Part shown: one piece after another, positions 20,506-29,227 of the stretch
Numbering within the stretch: the first letter of the stretch is position 1
Layout: each line of letters starts with the position of its first letter
Sequence record: DRR723986_8739
Direction: 5' to 3' (one strand)
Length of the DNA stretch: 64,000 nt
Position numbers and translations under genes: made by a program
The notes under the pieces: generated by a model
The model's input: the letters and a program-made list of their open reading frames with translations, nothing else
Databases searched by the model: none
Told to the model about the DNA's origin: nothing

Positions 20506-21066
20506 ATGCGTAAGAAACTTCAAGACCTGAAAGACCTTCCTCCATTAGATCCGGGCATAGACGCCGTGGATAATTATTGGTACCTAATCATGTATTTGCG
20601 TGATTTAATCAAAGCTTCGGAGATCAAAGCTGGCTTAGTCTTGTCTTTTTATGGCTTGTTGATGAACGTATTTTTCCAATTTTATGAGCATTTGATCGAA
20701 CTAGCCTCTTCAGACTACTTGACTTATGGCTTCATGGGCACTTGGTTTGTGTTTAGTGTCATTTCTATTTATTACAGTTTTAGATGCTTCATGCCTCAGA
20801 TAGAGGCTAATTATGATAAGAGTGTATTCTTTTTTGGAAATATAATTTCTTCCTATGGCCCTATCAAAGAGTATGTGAAAGAGTTGGAGAATGTGAGTAC
20901 AAATAGACGTCCACTCTTTGATCAGTTAGGAGAGCAAGTGTATATCAACGCCAAAATCACTGCAACAAAATTTAGAAATGTCAATCTTTCCGTACGATAC
21001 TTATCATTTAATATTGGCCTAGTGTTTGTTTTTATACTGTATTACGCAATAAAGACCGCCTTTTAG
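20506..21066 (+). CDS. Pycsar effector-like (PycTM/DUF5706) membrane protein
   Basis: I.ASEIKAGLVL (A-D/E-x-KA motif) before TM1, TM2 ending in P, loop SVFFFGNI, EQVY.NA.I...KF..V before TM3. Confidence 0.8.
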   Translation: MRKKLQDLKDLPPLDPGIDAVDNYWYLIMYLRDLIKASEIKAGLVLSFYGLLMNVFFQFYEHLIELASSDYLTYGFMGTWFVFSVISIYYSFRCFMPQIEANYDKSVFFFGNIISSYGPIKEYVKELENVSTNRRPLFDQLGEQVYINAKITATKFRNVNLSVRYLSFNIGLVFVFILYYAIKTAF

Positions 21067-21087
21067 CCTAAAGCCTGTTTCAATTCC

Positions 21088-21663
21088 ATGAAAGGATATC
21101 GAATTCTTCGCAACCGAGTTTTATCTGATCTTGAAGCAAATTTGCCCAAGACATTGACTTACCATGCGCTTGAACATACGCTTGATGTGTTAAATGTTTG
21201 CAATCAATACATCAAGCGTGAAAAGATACCTTATAAAGAAAGGTACCTATTGAAAGCTGGGGCGATCGTCCATGATATGGGATTTCTCAAAGGTGCAGCA
21301 AACCATGAAGAAGTGGGAGCAGGGATGGCTGAGATCATTTTAAATGATTTAGGAATGAACCAAAGAGACATTGATGTGATCAAAGGATTGGTCATGGCGA
21401 CAAAAATCCCGCAAAACCCTCAGAGTCATTTGCAACGAATCATCTGCGACGCTGATTTGGATTATTTAGGCAGAAATGATTATCCGGAAATTTCTCAGAA
21501 ATTATTTGAGGAATTAAAGAATATGAACGTGATTTCTACAGCCAAACAATGGAAAGATCTTCAGATTAATTTTTTGAAAGCACATAAGTTTCATACACCG
21601 TTTGCTATCAAGAATAGAGAACCAAAGAAACAAGTTTGGCTGAAAAAACTATTGGACTCTTAA
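21088..21663 (+). CDS. HD-domain metal-dependent phosphohydrolase
   Basis: YHALEHT, HDMGF, HEEVGA, ATKIP, ICDADLDYLG motifs. Confidence 0.9.
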   Translation: MKGYRILRNRVLSDLEANLPKTLTYHALEHTLDVLNVCNQYIKREKIPYKERYLLKAGAIVHDMGFLKGAANHEEVGAGMAEIILNDLGMNQRDIDVIKGLVMATKIPQNPQSHLQRIICDADLDYLGRNDYPEISQKLFEELKNMNVISTAKQWKDLQINFLKAHKFHTPFAIKNREPKKQVWLKKLLDS

Positions 21664-22934
21664 CCCATTCTTCCTAGCTGAAGTGCTCTGGCACTATCCA
21701 TTTTGATGAAGATGAAAAGCAAAATGGTAAATGACCATAGAGAAGACCCTCCATAACTAAAGAAAGGCAGAGGAATACCCACAACAGGAAAAAGTCCGAT
21801 AGTCATGGCTATATTGATCATGAAGTGGAACATCAGGATAGAGATTACACAATAACCATAAATTCGGTTGAATCTATTTTTTTGGCGCTCGGCCATAAAT
21901 ACTAATCTGGTAAGCAAGGTGACAAAAAGCGCGATAACTACGAAGCTTCCCAGCCAGCCAAACTCTTCTCCCAACGTACAAAAGATGAAATCTGTATGCT
22001 GCTCTGGAACAAAGTCGAACTTAGTCTGAGTCCCCTGCAAATATCCTTTTCCTGCTAGTCCTCCAGATCCAATCGCAATTTTAGATTGGGTCACATTCCA
22101 GCCAACACCTAAGGGATCAAGATCTGGGTTGAACAGAACCATTATTCTGTTTTGTTGGTGTTCTGGTAGTTTGGATACTACAAAATCGAGACTGTAAGTA
22201 AATGCGATTAACCCAAGGCCAATAACACTAAACCCTATAATTTGTTGTGGGGTCTTTTTCCCCATTAGGATGAGTATCACGACGATTACTACGATCGCAC
22301 CTGCCAAGTAAAGATTGTTTTCAATGCCTAAGGCAAGTAAGGCTATTGCAATGATGCCAATGCCCAGCACGTAATATTTTTGCGGAAGCCCTTCTCTATA
22401 GAACATGATAAGCATGGAGAAATAAACCATGGCTGTCCCTGTATCTGGCTGAAGAATGATCAATATTATAGGCAATAAAAGCACGCCAAATGCCTGCAAT
22501 TGATATTTAGTTTTGGAGAGATCAAAGGTAGGTCTCTCCATAAACTTGGCCAGAGCAAGTGCTGTGGCAAATTTGGCAAACTCTCCGGGCTGAATACGAA
22601 AGGAGCCAAAGCCAATCGTGAGTATCTGGCCATTTACTTCTTTTCCTATAAAAGGAGTGAGTAGCAGTAATACCAGCATTACCAGGTATATGGGAATAGC
22701 AAGATTTTCGAACAATCGATAATCTGCTGCCATGATTACAATGATGATGGCTATCGCTGTACCGATCCAGACGAGTTGAATGCCAGAATTGATCGAAGTA
22801 TCGAAGATGCTTTTGTCCACTTGGCCATCATAGACAGCTGCGTAGATATTGAACCAGCCTATCATCACCAATACGAAATAGATCATAACGGTGATCCAGT
22901 CCACCCGATTTATGTTAATATCCTTTTCGCGCAT
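21660..22934 (-). CDS. rodA: Rod shape-determining protein RodA (SEDS)
   Basis: IQPGEFAK, QPDTGTA, QSKIAIGSGG..GKG, PEQHTDFIF, PFFSYGGSS. Confidence 0.96.
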   Translation of the reverse strand: MREKDININRVDWITVMIYFVLVMIGWFNIYAAVYDGQVDKSIFDTSINSGIQLVWIGTAIAIIIVIMAADYRLFENLAIPIYLVMLVLLLLTPFIGKEVNGQILTIGFGSFRIQPGEFAKFATALALAKFMERPTFDLSKTKYQLQAFGVLLLPIILIILQPDTGTAMVYFSMLIMFYREGLPQKYYVLGIGIIAIALLALGIENNLYLAGAIVVIVVILILMGKKTPQQIIGFSVIGLGLIAFTYSLDFVVSKLPEHQQNRIMVLFNPDLDPLGVGWNVTQSKIAIGSGGLAGKGYLQGTQTKFDFVPEQHTDFIFCTLGEEFGWLGSFVVIALFVTLLTRLVFMAERQKNRFNRIYGYCVISILMFHFMINIAMTIGLFPVVGIPLPFFSYGGSSLWSFTILLFIFIKMDSARALQLGRMG

Positions 22935-24736
22935 TAGTAAATGAAATTTCCAGCTATTACATATTCTTCAAGTGCAGGTCTGGATATGCTGTCTTTTAGG
23001 TATTTTTCTATCATGAGAGAGGCAGTACTTGCCGCAGCTCTACCACCCCAGCCTGCATTTTCTACATAGACTGCAATAGCTATCTTGGGATTGTCTTTAG
23101 GAGCGAATGCAATGAATACAGAGTGGTCTTCTCCGTGAGGATTTTGGGCAGTTCCAGTCTTGCCTGCAATCTGGATATCCTTCATTATGGCTCGGGTAGC
23201 CGTACCATATAGGGCTTCGGCCATGGCATCTTGTACCATATCGAAATGATGAGCATCTACGCCTACTTCGTGCTTGATTTGATATTCTAATGGTATTTTG
23301 GTGTTGTCGCCGTCAATTGCCCGAATCAAATGAGGAGTATAATAGAACCCTTTATTTGCAAAGATTGCAGCCAAATTTGCCATTTGAAGAGGGGTTACTA
23401 AAAGCTCACCTTGACCAATGGATAAAGAATAAATAGTAGAATATTTCCAGCGGCCTTCTCCATAAACTCTATCGTAGTATTTACTTGATGGTACATCCCC
23501 AATTTTTTCATTTGGCATATCCACACCCAGTTGACCACCAAGACCGAATTTCAAAACATGGTCGCGCCATGCATCTAGACCAATTTTGGTGTCCTTAAAA
23601 GTATTGCTGGAAATTTCCTGATTGATGATTTGACGGAAAGCTTGATGATAATATGGGTTACAGGAGTTTCTAATGGCTCCGAACAGATTGACAGGTGAAG
23701 GATGATTATGACAGGCAACCAAAGATTTGTTACAGGCAAAAGTGGTTTCGGGGGTAAGAATTCCTTCCTGTAGACCAATCAGGCTTTGTACAATCTTGAA
23801 TATAGATCCTGGAGGGTAGGTGGCCATTATCGGCCGATTGAAAAGTGGTTTTGTCTCCAGTTTATTTAGTTCCGTGTAATTTTTTCCAAAATCCGAACCA
23901 GTTAGACTATTAGGATCGTAAAATGGGGCAGAGATCATGGATAGTATTTCACCGGTTTTTGGCTCTATCGCAACTACAGATCCGGTTTTTCCCATCATAA
24001 GCTTTTCCCCGTACTGTTGCAGCTCCATATCAATTGATGAGTTGATGTTATGACCAGCCACTGAGGCTGTATCATATTCACCATCCTTGAAAGGACCTTT
24101 ATCGATCCCACGCACATTGACCATTTTGTATTTCACGCCCTTCACACCGCGAAGTTCATCTTCATAGAATCTCTCCATACCGCTGAGGCCTACATAGTCT
24201 CCTTGGACGTAATATCCCGAACTATCCCGTTCCAGCTGTCTGCCACTGATCTCACCGATATAGCCAAGAGCATGTGATGCGATAGGATTTGGGTAGGAGC
24301 GTACCGATCTAGTCATAATGAATAGACCTGGGTAGTCAATTAGAAAGTCTTGGATTCTAGCAAATTCATTGGTTGATATTTGCTTGATAAAAGTGGAGGG
24401 TTTTACAGAGCTATATTTTCTTGCTGCCTGATAGGATTCAATGAGTTCTTCTTTAGTAATCTTAAACAGTTCTAAGAAACGTGTAGTATCACCCACCTCA
24501 AATTCCTTTGGAACTATCATCAAATCAAAAATCGGATTATTGTAAACTAGAAGTTTCCCTTTTCTGTCATAAACTAACCCACGATAAGGATGGTCGACTA
24601 TTCGTTGAATAGCATTCCGCTCAGCTCTTTTCATAAAGCTGTCGTCCATCACTTGTATCATGAAAAGTTTAGTCAGAAGGACAGCTCCTACCAAGAAAAC
24701 AAAGATGATTATTACTACGGGCCTTTGGTCGTTCAT
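22934..24736 (-). CDS. mrdA: Penicillin-binding protein 2
   Basis: RG.VYDR.G, YPPGSIFK (SxxK), SCN, KTGTAQ; start ATG 24736 overlaps the mreD stop (TGATG). Confidence 0.95.
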   Translation of the reverse strand: MNDQRPVVIIIFVFLVGAVLLTKLFMIQVMDDSFMKRAERNAIQRIVDHPYRGLVYDRKGKLLVYNNPIFDLMIVPKEFEVGDTTRFLELFKITKEELIESYQAARKYSSVKPSTFIKQISTNEFARIQDFLIDYPGLFIMTRSVRSYPNPIASHALGYIGEISGRQLERDSSGYYVQGDYVGLSGMERFYEDELRGVKGVKYKMVNVRGIDKGPFKDGEYDTASVAGHNINSSIDMELQQYGEKLMMGKTGSVVAIEPKTGEILSMISAPFYDPNSLTGSDFGKNYTELNKLETKPLFNRPIMATYPPGSIFKIVQSLIGLQEGILTPETTFACNKSLVACHNHPSPVNLFGAIRNSCNPYYHQAFRQIINQEISSNTFKDTKIGLDAWRDHVLKFGLGGQLGVDMPNEKIGDVPSSKYYDRVYGEGRWKYSTIYSLSIGQGELLVTPLQMANLAAIFANKGFYYTPHLIRAIDGDNTKIPLEYQIKHEVGVDAHHFDMVQDAMAEALYGTATRAIMKDIQIAGKTGTAQNPHGEDHSVFIAFAPKDNPKIAIAVYVENAGWGGRAAASTASLMIEKYLKDSISRPALEEYVIAGNFIY

Positions 24737-25257
24737 CAGATTCCTCTCCTGCGTTTGAAGAACAGTAGTTGTACAATTATAGCCAAAATGACTGTAAATA
24801 TCGAGGAGAAAAGGCTTTTGTTTAATACTCCAAACAATCCCCCTGTGCCCCATTGATCTGCAGTGAAAAACAACAGTGAAAATGCAAAAACTAATGGTAA
24901 TGAGTAGCTTATATACCAACCTATTCCCATTTCACGTAAAGTAGGTGTGTTGCTGTCATCATAGCCTCCATTTGGGCTAATCGCCTTTAGCCAGTAAGGA
25001 CGAAGAAACGCTAGGAGCGTAGCGGCAGCTGCATTGAGGCCAAGTGTGTCGTAAAAGACATCAATCAATAACCCTAGCCCAAAGCTGATCAAGATTAACG
25101 TAAAGCTTCGTATACTAATGGGAAAACTCAATATAGCTAATAGATAAATGAAGCAGAATGCCACACCAAAAAGAGCTACATTTTTCAATAGCAAAATCTG
25201 TACAGTGCAAAGGCAAATCACCAGAAAGACAAAGGTGATTAGGTTTCTAAAATTCAT
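24736..25257 (-). CDS. mreD: Rod shape-determining protein MreD
   Basis: Hydrophobic 173 aa, F.LGL.ID.F.DTLG..A motif, position in the mre operon. Confidence 0.9.
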   Translation of the reverse strand: MNFRNLITFVFLVICLCTVQILLLKNVALFGVAFCFIYLLAILSFPISIRSFTLILISFGLGLLIDVFYDTLGLNAAAATLLAFLRPYWLKAISPNGGYDDSNTPTLREMGIGWYISYSLPLVFAFSLLFFTADQWGTGGLFGVLNKSLFSSIFTVILAIIVQLLFFKRRRGI

Positions 25258-26083
25258 TTTCTATTTCGGATTGCTGTTGCAAAGAATCTATTTCGTTTAA
25301 TTGACTGTTTTCTACCAAATAGACATAATGGGCCTTGCTGAAGTCAACACTTAAATTGACAACTATATCCAAATAGTTAGGATCTGCCCCTTGATTGACG
25401 CTCTCGATGATTCCTACTAAAATTCCCTCAGGAAATACTGCACTGAATCCCGTTGTAACGATTGTGTCTCCTGGGTTGGCAGTCACATGCCTTGGAACAT
25501 ACAGGAGTTTCGTTTTATTGGAATTTTTCCCATCCCACTTTGCCGTACCAAAGGAATCGTTGTTTTTGATCTTGGTCGAGAGGTTCAATTCTGTATTCAA
25601 TAAGGAGAAGGCTACCGAATAATTTTCAGAAACTGATTTTATTCGTCCGATTACGCCTTGGTCATTGAAAACGCCCATTCCAGGTTTTACGCCGTCTTTC
25701 GAACCCTTGTTCAGAGTCAGGTGATTTTGTGCAAAACGTAAGGAATTGCTTATGATTCGGGCTCCCTTAAAGTCGTATTGTGCCTCAAATGCTGAATCCA
25801 ACTCTAATGTCAAGCTATCAGGGATTGCATTGATTGTTTTAAGTTGTTCAAGTAATAAAGCGTTTTGACTTAGGAGCGCTTCATTATCTTCCGCAAGGGA
25901 AAAGAAATCCACTACGTCTGACCGGGTTTTGAGAACTGTTCCGGTTAGTGCATTTGAACTATTGAAGAAAGCTGCACCCTGAGGGGAATTATTGGAGACA
26001 ATTAAACTTATCGCCAATACTTCAAGCAAAACAAATAAGAGAAAAGACCTTAGGCTATAAAGGAATTGAAGGATGCGTAGCAT
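25247..26083 (-). CDS. mreC: Rod shape-determining protein MreC
   Basis: TM plus coiled coil; LNKGSKDGVKPGMGV, GDTIVTTG.S.VFPEGI.VG. Confidence 0.95.
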   Translation of the reverse strand: MLRILQFLYSLRSFLLFVLLEVLAISLIVSNNSPQGAAFFNSSNALTGTVLKTRSDVVDFFSLAEDNEALLSQNALLLEQLKTINAIPDSLTLELDSAFEAQYDFKGARIISNSLRFAQNHLTLNKGSKDGVKPGMGVFNDQGVIGRIKSVSENYSVAFSLLNTELNLSTKIKNNDSFGTAKWDGKNSNKTKLLYVPRHVTANPGDTIVTTGFSAVFPEGILVGIIESVNQGADPNYLDIVVNLSVDFSKAHYVYLVENSQLNEIDSLQQQSEIENEF

Positions 26084-26090
26084 TCGGGGT

Positions 26091-27119
26091 TTAAGTCATC
26101 AATACTGTTCGGAAATTCTGTACGTTTTTCAAGGCAGTGCCTGTTCCTCTCACTACAGCTCTTAGTGGATCCTCTGCGATGTGAATTGGAAGTTTTGTTT
26201 TCTGGTGCAGTCTTTTATCAAGACCTTTCAGTAATGCTCCACCTCCCGTAAGGTGAATTCCATTGTCATAGATATCTGCAGAAAGTTCAGGCGGCGAAAT
26301 CTCCAATGCTTTCAAAACTGCTTCTTCGATTTTCGAAACGGATTTGTCAAGAGAGAATGCAATTTCAGAATAAGAAACTTTAATCACCTTAGGTATACCT
26401 GTCATCAAGTCACGACCTCTGATTTCATAATCCTCAGGAGGCTCGTCCAATTCAGTCAAAGCTGATCCGATGGCTATTTTCACCTTTTCTGCAGAGCGCT
26501 CACCAATCAGCAAGTTGTGCTGACGGCGCATGTAGTCTAGGATATCTTTAGTAAAGGTGTCACCAGCAACGCGGATAGATTGATCTGCCACAATACCAGA
26601 AAGTGCGATCAACGCGATCTCAGTAGTACCGCCTCCTATATCCACGATCATGGATCCCATCGGCTTCTCTATGTCGATTCCAATACCAATTGCGGCAGCG
26701 ATCGGTTCGAAAATCATATATACTTCTTTTGCGCCAGCATGCTCTGCAGAGTCACGTACCGCTCGTTTTTCCACCTCTGTGATACCAGATGGAATACAGA
26801 TCACCATGCGGTGGGACTGCGGGAATAAGCCTTTTTTCTGACCAGGGATCATTTTGATCAAACCTCTGATCATTTGCTCTGCGGCATAGAAATCAGCGAT
26901 TACCCCATCTTTCAATGGCCGGATAGTTTTAATATTTTCATGCGTTTTCTCATGCATGTTCATTGCTTCCCTACCTACCGCTAATACGCGATTGGTGGTT
27001 TTATCAATTGCAATAATTGAGGGTTCGTCTACTACAATTTTATCTTTATGAATGATCAGGGTATTTGCGGTACCGAGGTCAATTGCAATATCACTTGAGA
27101 AAAAGTCAAATAATCCCAT
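26091..27119 (-). CDS. mreB: Actin-like MreB
   Basis: IAIDLGTANT, IRPLKDGVIADF, VDIGGGTTE, LTGGGALL. Confidence 0.98.
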   Translation of the reverse strand: MGLFDFFSSDIAIDLGTANTLIIHKDKIVVDEPSIIAIDKTTNRVLAVGREAMNMHEKTHENIKTIRPLKDGVIADFYAAEQMIRGLIKMIPGQKKGLFPQSHRMVICIPSGITEVEKRAVRDSAEHAGAKEVYMIFEPIAAAIGIGIDIEKPMGSMIVDIGGGTTEIALIALSGIVADQSIRVAGDTFTKDILDYMRRQHNLLIGERSAEKVKIAIGSALTELDEPPEDYEIRGRDLMTGIPKVIKVSYSEIAFSLDKSVSKIEEAVLKALEISPPELSADIYDNGIHLTGGGALLKGLDKRLHQKTKLPIHIAEDPLRAVVRGTGTALKNVQNFRTVLMT

Positions 27120-27369
27120 TTTTAGGTATTGATTGTATTTACTGGAGTTAAGAGTTTAATATACTACGCTAAGTATTCATATTAAACGGGGGTCGACAAA
27201 ATTATTATCTTAACGGGACAAATTTGATAGAATCAGGATATTTTTTGGTAACAATATTAAATGAGTCTAAGGCAGACTTAGTTTGTCGGACTTTTCTAAT
27301 CTGAAATGAAATCTAATTAACTCTAAATCTTGATTTATTTACCTCATTGTTTTTAGTGTAAAATTATTT

Positions 27370-27377
27370 TACCTTTG
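27370..27377 (+). promoter_or_regulatory. -7 box (TACCTTTG) of the rimP-nusA-infB operon
   Basis: TAnnTTTG match upstream of the leader hairpin. Confidence 0.65.
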
Positions 27378-27398
27378 CGTCGTATTCGAAAGTTTCTG

Positions 27399-27426
27399 GA
27401 GGGGACACCATATGGTCCCCTTTTTC
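27399..27426 (+). promoter_or_regulatory. rimP leader hairpin (attenuator-like)
   Basis: GAGGGGAC-accatatg-GTCCCCTT followed by a T tract, between promoter and rimP start. Confidence 0.65.
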
Positions 27427-27438
27427 ATTATGTATACT

Positions 27439-27915
27439 ATGACTGAATTGAAACAAGCTATCGAAGAGATCGTAGAGAAGCATCTTCCGGATGAAAATCA
27501 TTTCGTAGTCGAAGTGAAATTGTCTGAGAAATCAGGGAAAACGCTCCTCAACATCCTTTTGGACGCTGATGAAGGTGTTACTATCCAGGCTTGCGCTAAG
27601 CTAAGCAGGGCGGTTTCGGAAGAGCTGGAGGCAAAAGATATGATGCCTGAAGCTTATATTCTTGAGGTTTCTTCCCCAGGGCTAGATTTTCCTTTGAGTA
27701 GTAGAAGGCAATTTCAGAAGAACATCAACAGGGAGCTTAAGATTTCTTTGACTTCGGGAGAAGAAATCCAAGGTAAACTATTAGAAGTATCAGAAGCTGG
27801 TGTGAAGCTATTAGTGAAACAGAAAAAGGAAAAAGGCAAAAAAGCCACCGAAGAGGAAATTTTTCTTCCTTTCGAAGAGATGAAGAAATCAATTGTACAA
27901 GTATCTTTTAAATAA
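27439..27915 (+). CDS. rimP: Ribosome maturation factor RimP
   Basis: C..LSR.VS..LE, Y.LEVSSPGLD.PL; upstream of nusA; start may be 27430 or 27439. Confidence 0.93.
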   Translation: MTELKQAIEEIVEKHLPDENHFVVEVKLSEKSGKTLLNILLDADEGVTIQACAKLSRAVSEELEAKDMMPEAYILEVSSPGLDFPLSSRRQFQKNINRELKISLTSGEEIQGKLLEVSEAGVKLLVKQKKEKGKKATEEEIFLPFEEMKKSIVQVSFK

Positions 27916-27920
27916 ATCAA

Positions 27921-29165
27921 ATGGATGCCAAAGTCTTAATAGAATCCTTCGCTGAATTTGCGAGATCTAAAAATGTGGATCGACCTACTATGATCCGTAT
28001 CTTGGAAGATGTGTTCAGAGCGATGATTCGCAAGAAGTTTGAAACTGATGAGAACTTCGATGTGACGATTAATGCTGATCAAGGTGACCTTGAGATATTC
28101 CGTATCCGGGAAATTGTTGACGACAATTCTGAAGATATATGGGATTTAGACAAAATCAGCTTTACTGAAGCTCGTAAAATCGAGCCTGATTTTGAGATAG
28201 GAGAAGAAGTATACGAGAAAATTGAGTTGGAAGCTTTTGGAAGACGTGCTGTGCAGATGGCTCGTCAGACATTGATTCAAAGAATAAAGGATCTTGAAAA
28301 AGATTTACTTTATAATAAGTATGAGGAGTTGGTAGGTGAGATTGTAAGTGCTGAAGTTTACCAGATTCTAGGAAGAGAAATCCTGTTGATGGACGGTGAA
28401 GGCAATGAACTTATTTTACCGAAAGCTGAGCAAATTTCTAAAGATCGCTTTAGAAAAGGTGACACCGTGAAGGCTATTGTGCACAGAGTGGACATGTCTA
28501 ATGGAAACCCTAAGATTATTCTTTCCAGAACCTCACCGGTATTCTTGGAGCGTTTGTTCGAGAATGAAGTTCCTGAAGTGTACGATGGATTGATTACAAT
28601 TATAAAGATTGTAAGAGAGCCAGGTGAAAGAGCAAAAGTTGCGGTGGAATCTTATGATGATCGTATTGATCCAGTAGGAGCTTGTGTGGGAATGAAAGGA
28701 TCTAGAATTCACGCTGTGGTAAGAGAATTACAGAATGAAAATATAGATGTGATCAATTACACTGAAAACCTGGATTTATATGTCACTCGTGCTCTGAGCC
28801 CAGCTAAAGTATCTTCTATCACTGCGAATGAAGAAACAAAAAGATTATCTGTATTCCTTAAGCCAGACCAAGTTTCCTTGGCAATTGGCAAGGGAGGATA
28901 CAATATCAAACTTGCCAGCAGATTGGTTGGTTATGAAATTGACGTATTCCGTGAATTGAACGAATACGAGGAAGAAGATGTCGATTTAATGGAGTTTGTC
29001 GATGAAATCGACAGCTGGATTATCGACGAATTAAAGAAAACAGGTTTAGATACTGCTAAAAGCGTATTAAGCTTGACTAAAGAGGACCTGACTCGTAGAA
29101 CAGAGCTTGAAGAAGAAACTGTTGACGAGATATTCAGGATACTCGGACAAGAATTTGATCAATAA
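27921..29165 (+). CDS. nusA: Transcription factor NusA
   Basis: FGRRAVQ.ARQ, S1 and KH domains, REPGERAKVAV, DPVGACVGMKGSRI, AIGKGG.N. Confidence 0.98.
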   Translation: MDAKVLIESFAEFARSKNVDRPTMIRILEDVFRAMIRKKFETDENFDVTINADQGDLEIFRIREIVDDNSEDIWDLDKISFTEARKIEPDFEIGEEVYEKIELEAFGRRAVQMARQTLIQRIKDLEKDLLYNKYEELVGEIVSAEVYQILGREILLMDGEGNELILPKAEQISKDRFRKGDTVKAIVHRVDMSNGNPKIILSRTSPVFLERLFENEVPEVYDGLITIIKIVREPGERAKVAVESYDDRIDPVGACVGMKGSRIHAVVRELQNENIDVINYTENLDLYVTRALSPAKVSSITANEETKRLSVFLKPDQVSLAIGKGGYNIKLASRLVGYEIDVFRELNEYEEEDVDLMEFVDEIDSWIIDELKKTGLDTAKSVLSLTKEDLTRRTELEEETVDEIFRILGQEFDQ

Positions 29166-29227
29166 AACGGGAACTAATCCCCGTTTAATACCCTAATTAT
29201 TTAAGATTTCGAAAGAAGTTTTTGCTT

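Noticed and set aside
24737-24919. 61-aa N-terminal extension of the PBP2 ORF in the track
   Set aside because: Lies inside mreD; ATG 24736 gives a normal TM anchor and TGATG coupling. Similar over-extended starts were trimmed for rho, uppS, the ferredoxin and others.
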